From an uncultured Candidatus Saccharibacteria bacterium (lineage in GTDB: Bacteria; Patescibacteriota; Minisyncoccia; Minisyncoccales; JANBVM01): a DNA stretch of 64,000 bases. Under the pieces are notes generated by a model, which did no database searches, had not been told where the DNA came from, and was given only the letters and a program-made list of their open reading frames with translations. Positions 24,522 to 31,432 of this stretch are shown here, in pieces (position 1 is the first letter of the stretch; each line of letters starts with the position of its first letter). A program made the translations under genes and the position numbers. Location of the stretch: positions 43,616 to 107,615 of the forward strand of contig CAZBMQ010000001.1 of NCBI GenBank assembly GCA_964493485.1, read 5' to 3'.

Positions 24522-27500
24522 GTTCTTCTCTTTCTGACTATTTTCTTTACTTTTTTGTTTTTGGATTCCTCTTCTGAATCTCGTCTTTTCCAAAATAATA
24601 AAATCAATAAAAGAATAGGAAAAGCTATCCCATACATTTCATCGTCAGAAAGAAATTGTCCAACTGCAGCCAAAAGGTTGCCAAATACATTGTATTCTTT
24701 TTGATAGGAGAATTCGTCAGACATCAAATCATAGTATTTCGATTCGTAAGTTTCCGGTTCTCCTGTCTCTTCCTCTGCTAACACCTCTTGCACTATTGTT
24801 TTTACAAATTTTTCTGCTGGAGGTTCGGGGGTAATTCTTTGTATCTCTTCGTTTATTATCCTTATTTGTTTTTCAATCTCATCTAACTTTTCTTCAATCT
24901 CTTCAATAGAAACACCAGGCTCCTCTTGAGACTCCTCTGGTTCTGTTGCTTCCTCTTCAGAAAGAAGTTCTCCATTTCTTACCTCAATTGTCGTAGAAGC
25001 TATTTCTGAACTTACTGGATTGCCCAGTTGTCCAAAACCAATAGCCTGAGCAGTATTAGTATACAATCCAGATGGAATTTCTCCTCCTATAGCCACAGTG
25101 TAATCTATTGTTATCTCCTCATGTGGTAGTACCACGCCCAAATCCCAAGTATAGGTATTAATCACCTCTGAATCTTCATTTAATATGGTGTCTGTTACAA
25201 CCACATCATATGCTGCCCCATTACTATTATTAAGCAATACAATGGTATAACCTACATTCACAGGAGGAGAAACATAATCAGTATTATTTGTTTTTGTGAT
25301 TTCTAATTTAGGAAAAAACCACAAAAGAGGAACTGTTTTATATACTTCTACAGACAGACTGTCTGAATTATCTGCCTCATTCCAGTCGTCCTCATAACTG
25401 TCTATTATAGCCTCATTAACTAAATAACTATTTCCAGAAGGGATATCAGAATTAACTGTCACAGTATAAGAAACTGAACCAGAACCGCCTGCTGGAACTG
25501 TCCCAATTTCCCACATTATCTCTCCAGGATTATCTATCACAGTACCTCCCCCCTTATCTTTTATTGAAATATATCTTTCATCAAAATCATCTGTGATGAC
25601 AACCCCAGTAGCATCAGCATCCCCGTTGTTTCTATAGGTTAAAGTGTATGTAATAGTACCTCCTGGTTGAGTTGGTGTAGATTGAGTAATAGCGCTCTCA
25701 CCAATCCATAAATCTGGTCTGCCAAAAGCAAGATTGCCTTCCCAAGTGCCAAAAATGTTTATCATTCCCAGCAGCCAGTTTGTTCCAATCAGATCTGAAT
25801 TTAAAATATTTATAAGATTACTGAATACATTGGCATTCCCTGTCTGAATTGCAGCTTCTCCATTCTCAGCAAAAGCTGTATTGTCTCCAGTAGAGACATT
25901 CACTATTACACTATTTTTAATAAATCCTGTATTATCATTGACAATATCTAATACAGTATTTCCTGCCGGATTATTAAAGCCGTCGGAATCTAAATTATAA
26001 ATTTTAATTCCATTTATGTCTTCTGCTATATCTAATCCAGGAGGCAGGCTGAAAATATTTCCCTTCCATCCTCCAAACACATTAATTGCCATTATTAACC
26101 ATCTCCCTCCTACAAAGCTAGTGTTTACCATGTTCATAATATTGCTTTTAACAGTGCTGTCTCCTGTATAAATTACTGCATCCTCTCCTTCAGCTTCGTT
26201 TGTTCCAGTATCAGCATTTATTGAAACTTCGTTCTCCACCACACCTTCTGATGTATTGATTATAGAAGCCCCGCATCCTCCTATACAAGCAGTTGGCTGG
26301 TCTAAAAATCCCTGCACAGAATCTTTATTAGGAAGTATTAAGTCCCCTACCCAGTTATCAAATACATTAATAATTAAATTAGTCCAGTTTGAACCAATAA
26401 CATTGGTATTTAAAAGATTAAAAATACTGGCTGAGACATTTACATCTCCAGTATTGATAAATGCATCTCCATCTTCACTGGTAGCTGTATTCGAACCGCT
26501 TGAACCTTCAATAAACACATTGTTTTCAATTACTCCCGCATTCTCGTTGTGAATATCAAAACAATCTGTTGTAGAAAGCGCATGATTTTCAGAGATAGAG
26601 TTATCTAAAATATCAGAGATATTAATGTCTCCTTGTAAAAATTCAAAAATATTAAATAGAAAATTAGAAAAATCAGAATTGATAATATTTGTATTAACGG
26701 TATTGGTCAAAGCCACTACTAAATTTGTATTTCCAGTATAGATAAAACTGTCTCCTGAGTTACTTTCTGCTGTATTTTCTCCTGTCTCTCCTTCTAACAC
26801 TATATTATTTTCCACTATTGCCTCGTCTTCATTAACAATGCCAATTTCACAATCACATTCACATGGACATTCGCATTCCTCCTCAGGCTCTCCGCATTCG
26901 CATTCTTCTGGACACTCACATCCACAGGTTTCTGTTTCTGTCTCATCAGAATTTACTTCATTTTCAATATCAACTTCCCCATCTGCATCTCCTGTGACTA
27001 CAACACTATCTTCGTTTCCATCTTCATTCCCCTCTTGTAATCCTTCGTCTTCAGGCAAAGTTTCTTGAATATCATCTGAACTTGAGGAATTATTTGTTTC
27101 CTCTGGAGCTGTGTTTTCTGAGCTTGTTGCAGCTGGTGTTTCAAATTCTTCAGTACTCTCTCCTTCATTGTTCTCACTGTTCTCTCCTTCAGAATCCTCC
27201 TGGGCTGTATCTTGATCTGTGCTTCCTGAACCTTCATTATCTTGTGCTTCACTATCAGCGTCGTTTTCTTCTTCTGGAGCTTCTCCATTATCAGACCCGT
27301 TCTCTTCTGGATTCTCCTGGGTATTGCTCTCTTCCCCAGTACTCTCTTCATTTGAATCTCCTCCATTGCCTCCATTATCCATATCTGAATTCTGTTCAGA
27401 GTCTTCGTTTTCATCTGAAACAACGTCTGTATTAATTGAAGACCCTCCGTCTTCTGCTAAAGCAAAAAAGGTGTGATTATTGAAAACCACTAAACTAAAA

Positions 27501-27553
27501 ATAACTACACCCGCCAGAAAGAACCTTTTTAATTTATTTTGTTTTTTGTTCAT
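24500..27553 (-). CDS. 1017-aa secreted surface protein
   Basis: Signal peptide, then an acidic D/E/N/S region and a Cys-rich CxC patch. Four copies of the TG-x-N-x-A / TG-[DN] module. Two DUF11/CARDB-like repeats (ITYTLTYRNNGDADATGVVITD...). Acidic linker, then C-terminal NLLAAVG motif, TM helix and basic tail. Confidence 0.8.
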   Translation of the reverse strand: MNKKQNKLKRFFLAGVVIFSLVVFNNHTFFALAEDGGSSINTDVVSDENEDSEQNSDMDNGGNGGDSNEESTGEESNTQENPEENGSDNGEAPEEENDADSEAQDNEGSGSTDQDTAQEDSEGENSENNEGESTEEFETPAATSSENTAPEETNNSSSSDDIQETLPEDEGLQEGNEDGNEDSVVVTGDADGEVDIENEVNSDETETETCGCECPEECECGEPEEECECPCECDCEIGIVNEDEAIVENNIVLEGETGENTAESNSGDSFIYTGNTNLVVALTNTVNTNIINSDFSNFLFNIFEFLQGDINISDILDNSISENHALSTTDCFDIHNENAGVIENNVFIEGSSGSNTATSEDGDAFINTGDVNVSASIFNLLNTNVIGSNWTNLIINVFDNWVGDLILPNKDSVQGFLDQPTACIGGCGASIINTSEGVVENEVSINADTGTNEAEGEDAVIYTGDSTVKSNIMNMVNTSFVGGRWLIMAINVFGGWKGNIFSLPPGLDIAEDINGIKIYNLDSDGFNNPAGNTVLDIVNDNTGFIKNSVIVNVSTGDNTAFAENGEAAIQTGNANVFSNLINILNSDLIGTNWLLGMINIFGTWEGNLAFGRPDLWIGESAITQSTPTQPGGTITYTLTYRNNGDADATGVVITDDFDERYISIKDKGGGTVIDNPGEIMWEIGTVPAGGSGSVSYTVTVNSDIPSGNSYLVNEAIIDSYEDDWNEADNSDSLSVEVYKTVPLLWFFPKLEITKTNNTDYVSPPVNVGYTIVLLNNSNGAAYDVVVTDTILNEDSEVINTYTWDLGVVLPHEEITIDYTVAIGGEIPSGLYTNTAQAIGFGQLGNPVSSEIASTTIEVRNGELLSEEEATEPEESQEEPGVSIEEIEEKLDEIEKQIRIINEEIQRITPEPPAEKFVKTIVQEVLAEEETGEPETYESKYYDLMSDEFSYQKEYNVFGNLLAAVGQFLSDDEMYGIAFPILLLILLFWKRRDSEEESKNKKVKKIVRKRRTRTKLGH

Positions 27554-27563
27554 AAAATAATTT

Positions 27564-28139
27564 TTACAGATTGATTATATTAATAAGATTTTGAAAAAAT
27601 GATTTTAGATTTTCGACAAGACCTAAATACCATTTTTTAATAAAATTAACTTGTTGTGTTTGAAATGCTTCATTTTCTTTAATACCTACACTGCTTGTTT
27701 CTATTTTCTGTGGGTTTTCTAAACTCACTTCATAAGTGTGTGTGCTCTTTTTTGAATCAATTTCTACTTCTCTTTCAACCTTAATTTCATCACCTTCTCC
27801 ATCTGTCTCAATCTTATTTTCTACTTTCACCTTATTTGCTTCTACCTCAATCTCAATTGGCTCTATCTCTACACCATTAATTACATTTTTTACCTCCACC
27901 TTTATCTCTTTTTTCCCTTCTTTTATTGAAGATGTTCCATTGTCAGCCTCATTCCCGCCTGTATTGGAAGAGACATTGATTTTGTTAATAACTCTAGTTT
28001 CTCCCTCAGTAGTATTATCTCTAGAAAACCAATCATCAAAGAGATCTTCTAGAAAAAACCCCTGACAATATCTTGGAATAATTCCTAAAAACACAAGCAA
28101 GACAAACAATCCAATTTCTTTTTTAATTATTTTTCTCAT
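27564..28139 (-). CDS. 191-aa secreted/anchored protein with one partial TG-x-N-x-A module and E/K/V-rich beta-like repeats
   Basis: N-terminal hydrophobic segment IGLFVLLVFLGIIP, and VINKINVSSNTGGNEADNG. Confidence 0.6.
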   Translation of the reverse strand: MRKIIKKEIGLFVLLVFLGIIPRYCQGFFLEDLFDDWFSRDNTTEGETRVINKINVSSNTGGNEADNGTSSIKEGKKEIKVEVKNVINGVEIEPIEIEVEANKVKVENKIETDGEGDEIKVEREVEIDSKKSTHTYEVSLENPQKIETSSVGIKENEAFQTQQVNFIKKWYLGLVENLKSFFQNLINIINL

Positions 28140-28229
28140 CTTCCTTTGTATGAACCCTTAAACATCGGCTTAAAAGCTCGTACAAAGGAAGAGGCAAGGA
28201 ACCCTCTTCCTTGTGATTAACAGTCAGTT

Positions 28230-29018
28230 CTAGCGTAAAATTCTGTTAATCACAGAGTTAATAACATTCATAACATTTGCCTGTGCCCAAGCATTACCTG
28301 TGAAGATAACACCCCCATTACCGCCTCTGCCGCCATTTCCGCCATCACCACCATTGTTTCTCTGTTCTCCCCATGCACAATGGCCACAACCGCCGCTGTT
28401 TCCATTATGGTTGGCGTCACCAGCATTACCGCCATTGCCGCCGTCCTCACCATTGGCTCCGTTTTGACCGCTTTCAGCATCAACAGATACTGTATTGTAA
28501 ACATCAGCCCAGTCTTTATTGACAACTATTATGTCATCAATACAGCCGCAAGGAGGATATGATGGTCCACATCCGTTTCTTTCAATACAAGAATCGTTGC
28601 ATGGCTCATTTTCAGGAGGACAAGCGCAGGCATTAATCTTGGTATCATTTGTATTGACAAGATTATTTACATTTGCCCGTGCCAAAGCATTCCCAGTATC
28701 CACAAAGCCTCCATTGCCGCCAGCTCCTCCATTTCCGCCATTACCACCATTGTTTCTCTGGTCGCCTCTCCAGTTTCTATTGTAAGAAGCAGAACCAGCA
28801 TTACCGCCGTTGCCGCCATCATCACCATTGGCTTCGTTATAGCCAGTGCTGGCACTTACTTCTACCCTGTTCTTCACTACTGCATCCTTTTTGTTCACAA
28901 CTATAATATCGTGACCAAAAAATCCAAATGGGAAAAACCCATCTCCTGCAAATACAGGTGCAGCAGCAGAAACGAGTAAGGCTGCGGTGGTAAAAACGCC
29001 TAAAATTTTCTTGTTCAT
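28230..29018 (-). CDS. 262-aa secreted Gly/Asn-rich protein, two copies of the shared module each split by a GGNGGNGG tract
   Basis: Signal peptide MNKKILGVFTTAALLVSAAAPVFA. Module halves VVNK..V.N.V.V.A.[ST]G.N.ANG ... NNGG[ND]GGNGG.GGNGG.[IV].TGNA.A.ANV.N, present twice. Confidence 0.7.
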   Translation of the reverse strand: MNKKILGVFTTAALLVSAAAPVFAGDGFFPFGFFGHDIIVVNKKDAVVKNRVEVSASTGYNEANGDDGGNGGNAGSASYNRNWRGDQRNNGGNGGNGGAGGNGGFVDTGNALARANVNNLVNTNDTKINACACPPENEPCNDSCIERNGCGPSYPPCGCIDDIIVVNKDWADVYNTVSVDAESGQNGANGEDGGNGGNAGDANHNGNSGGCGHCAWGEQRNNGGDGGNGGRGGNGGVIFTGNAWAQANVMNVINSVINRILR

Positions 29019-29039
29019 TTTTGTTTTGAAATTATTTAC

Positions 29040-29300
29040 TCCGCCTCAATCCTATATAGGATATCAACGGATCTCTCTGCTATTTTTTCGTTTGCCCGAT
29101 AAGTCTTTCATTTTTGTCAGCAGAGATTTTTTCGGGCAACGCGACCTTTGCTAGGTTCTAATCCCTGAACCTTGCTCCGAACTCCATAGAGCTCGGGACT
29201 CGCCCCGAACCTTTATGGATCGGGGCATGGCACAGGATAGAGCCCAAGCTTTAATGCATTTTGATGCACTAAAGCCAGAGTTCTATTATTGTGCTTTTAA
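29040..29300 (-). promoter_or_regulatory. Structured ~260-nt leader upstream of the Gly/Asn-rich protein gene
   Basis: Stems seen: GCCCCGA/TCGGGGC, CCGARCTC/GAGCTCGG, GCTTTARTGCAT/ATGCACTAAAGC, CGTTTGCCCGA/TCGGGCAACG interleaved with TCTCTGCT/AGCAGAGA (pseudoknot order), and palindrome ATCCTATATAGGAT. Mismatches become G-U only on the minus strand. Confidence 0.5.
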
Positions 29301-29311
29301 AAAAAATAAAA

Positions 29312-29334
29312 AACTTCTCCTTCCGGAAGAAGTT
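29312..29334. terminator. Hairpin AACTTCT(CC-TTCC-GG)AGAAGTT flanked by A-run and T-run
   Basis: Read directly. It lies inside the long minus-strand leader. Confidence 0.5.
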
Positions 29335-29728
29335 CTTTTTGGAACTAGGTATTTATATTTATTTGTATCAATCTGCCATTTCCTCCCTGGCATTTAAATC
29401 TCAATCTAGTCCTCCCCTAAATTGATACAACACTACCTAGTCCTCCTATCTAGATAGCGATGAATTTGTCATGTTTTTCTATTTTATGCTATTTCAAAAA
29501 ATAATGTTAAGCGGGGAAAAATTTTTTGTCCTTATCTTATGTCCTGCTTTTACCTACTCTATCTCTTTTTAAAACAAAAGTCAAGAAAACTCTCAACCAT
29601 AAATAGCCTATTGTCCTAATCTATACTATTTTCGAAAAAAGTCAAGAAAAACATATTCTTTTTAAAATATCTTAATTTCTTTTACAAAATTATTTCTTTC
29701 TATTCTCTTTTTGTTTTTTAAAAACAAA

Positions 29729-29793
29729 AAGGCTGTCTTTGGGCGCCATAACTAAGGAGGAATTCATTTAGTACGGCGCCCAGAGACAGCCTT
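29729..29793. terminator. 24-bp hairpin (19-bp lower stem plus ACTAA/TTAGT) with a 12-nt apical loop GGAGGAATTCAT, flanked by A-run and T-run
   Basis: AAGGCTGTCTTTGGGCGCC (29729-29747) pairs with GGCGCCCAGAGACAGCCTT (29775-29793). There is one T-G (plus sense) or A-C (minus sense) position. Confidence 0.6.
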
Positions 29794-29861
29794 CTTTTTT
29801 CTGTTTACTACGAAATATTTAACTTAATTAAAAACATAGAATTTGCACTCTATGTTTCTTT

Positions 29862-29889
29862 ATTATACCAAGTCAAAAAATTTTGTCAA
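29862..29889 (-). promoter_or_regulatory. Near-consensus promoter TTGACA-N16-TATAAT pointing toward the leader and secreted-protein genes
   Basis: -35 is the complement of 29884-29889 and -10 is the complement of 29862-29867. Confidence 0.6.
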
Positions 29890-29894
29890 TATTT

Positions 29895-29975
29895 CCTGTC
29901 CTATCTTCTAACACCTTGTCCTACCTTATATCATATAATTAGGACAATTTAAAGATAGGACAGGAGTCTTAGGAC
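29895..29975. promoter_or_regulatory. Nested inverted repeats built from TGTCCTA/TAGGACA between the divergent promoters
   Basis: Outer pair CCTGTCCTATC (29895-29905) / GATAGGACAGG (29954-29964), perfect 11 bp. Inner pair TTGTCCTA (29916-29923) / TAGGACAA (29940-29947). An extra TAGGACA lies at 29970. Confidence 0.55.
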
Positions 29976-29983
29976 AAAGTTAT

Positions 29984-30012
29984 TTGACTTTTTTAATTTT
30001 AAAAGGTAATAC
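29984..30012 (+). promoter_or_regulatory. Candidate promoter TTGACT-N17-TAATAC for the GT2 operon
   Basis: -35 at 29984-29989 and -10 at 30007-30012. ATG at 30049. Confidence 0.4.
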
Positions 30013-30048
30013 AAGAATATAAATTCATAATATGTCAAACATAGAAGT

Positions 30049-31383
30049 ATGAAAACATCTCTGATTGAGCTTACAAATGAATTATATCAATTAACTCTTC
30101 TTTTTCCGAAAAAAGAACCTCTGCGCTACAAACTTAGAGAAACAGCTGATGATATCTTGGCAGATTTTATTTCTCTTACTTCCTATTCCTCTATATATCA
30201 ACAAAATGAAATAGTTCTACAAACTAAAAACTTAAAAACAAAACTAGAAATCCTTGATAGTTTTTTGGAAGTCGCAAAGAATCAAAATTGGGTCAATAAA
30301 GAAAATATTTTAAGGTTAAAAGAGAAATATCAAAAATTATTAAAACCTTTCCTGCTTCAAGATATAAAAATTTCAATATTAATCCCCTGCTTCAATGAAG
30401 AAAAATCAATACGAAAATGTATTGAGTCTTGTTTAAACCAAACAAAAAAACCCTATGAAATTGTAGTAGTAGATGATGGAAGCACAGATAGAACTCCGGA
30501 AATATTAAAAAGTTTTGAAGATAAAATAACAGTAGTACGGATTCCTAAAAATACTGGAAATAAAAGCTATGCACAAGAGTTTGGATTAAAATTTATTCAC
30601 GGAGATGTTTTCATTACAACTGATGCAGATACAATATTAGATAAGAATTTTGTAAAAAGAATCTTTTTAGATTTTAAAGATAGAAAAGTAGCAGCAGTGG
30701 CAGGTTATGTAAGGTCCTTAAAATATAATTGGTTAACTACCTGCAGAGAACTGGATTATATTATAGGACAAGATATACATAAATTAGCACAATCATATAT
30801 CAATGCCTTGTTTGTTATACCTGGATGTGCAGGCGCTTTCAGAACAGAAGTGTTTAAAAAATATATAGGTTTTGACCATGACACAGTAACAGAGGACTTA
30901 GATTTTACCTACAAACTTCATGAAAACCAATTCAAAATAATATATGATAAAAAAGCCATAGCATACACTCAAGATCCTCAAAATCTCAAATCCTATATCA
31001 ACCAAATGAAAAGATGGTATAGAGGCGGATGGCAAAACCTAATAAAGCATCTTAAATCCATAAGCAAAAAGGAAGTAAATGTGTTCGAGTTATCCTTAAT
31101 TTATATAGAAGGACTTATGTTCTCAGCTCTGTTGTTTCTAATACCTCTGCTTAATATTAATTTCTTTAGACATTACATCTTCTTTTATTTTGCTGTTTTA
31201 TTTGGATGCGCAGTTTATGGAGCCCTCACAAGAAAAAGGCTTGATTTACTATTCTGTTTCCCTTTTTATTTCTTGATTGTATTTTTAAATGCCTGGATAT
31301 TCTGGGAAGAATTTATTAAAGAAATAATATTTAAAAATGGAGACTTGGCCTGGTTTAAACCAGAAAGAGCCAGAATAATATGA
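30049..31383 (+). CDS. Processive family-2 glycosyltransferase (PgaC/NodC/IcaA-like) fused to an N-terminal ~110-aa four-helix-bundle-like domain
   Basis: GT2 motifs: SILIPCFNEE, VVVDDGSTDRT, TDADT, TEDLDF and QMKRWYRGGWQ (QxxRW), with C-terminal TM helices. The N-terminus (LTNELYQLTLLFPKKEPLRYKLRETADDI) resembles the 23S-IVS-type four-helix-bundle family (recollection). Confidence 0.75.
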   Translation: MKTSLIELTNELYQLTLLFPKKEPLRYKLRETADDILADFISLTSYSSIYQQNEIVLQTKNLKTKLEILDSFLEVAKNQNWVNKENILRLKEKYQKLLKPFLLQDIKISILIPCFNEEKSIRKCIESCLNQTKKPYEIVVVDDGSTDRTPEILKSFEDKITVVRIPKNTGNKSYAQEFGLKFIHGDVFITTDADTILDKNFVKRIFLDFKDRKVAAVAGYVRSLKYNWLTTCRELDYIIGQDIHKLAQSYINALFVIPGCAGAFRTEVFKKYIGFDHDTVTEDLDFTYKLHENQFKIIYDKKAIAYTQDPQNLKSYINQMKRWYRGGWQNLIKHLKSISKKEVNVFELSLIYIEGLMFSALLFLIPLLNINFFRHYIFFYFAVLFGCAVYGALTRKRLDLLFCFPFYFLIVFLNAWIFWEEFIKEIIFKNGDLAWFKPERARII

Positions 31384-31432
31384 ACACATTTGGAAGTCTA
31401 TCTTTAATAATTCATCTGTTTATCATTCTAAT

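Noticed and set aside
26256-28906. Alternative-frame ORFs within the secreted-protein genes (26256-26552, 26838-27068, 26998-27423, 27082-27435, 27219-27476, 27736-28065, 28268-28525, 28380-28562, 28519-28785, 28667-28855, 28673-28906).
   Set aside because: They are artefacts of acidic or Gly/Asn-rich repetitive coding sequence. Only the annotated frames have signal peptides and the shared module.
29150-29215. Resemblance of the minus-sense AGUCCCGAGCUCUAUGGAGUUCGGAGCAAGG to the RNase P RNA P4/P5 segments (E. coli AGUCCGGGCUCCAUAGGG ... CCGGAGCAAGG).
   Set aside because: The universally conserved GAGGAAAG and ACAGAA..GGCUUA P4 strands are missing. The candidate P4 partner is already used in a self-contained hairpin, and the region is far too short. 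I treat it as coincidental, though cmsearch with RNase P models would settle it.
29215-29397. 60-aa plus-strand ORF in the long intergenic region.
   Set aside because: It overlaps the structured leader and a terminator hairpin. It has no RBS and an implausible sequence.
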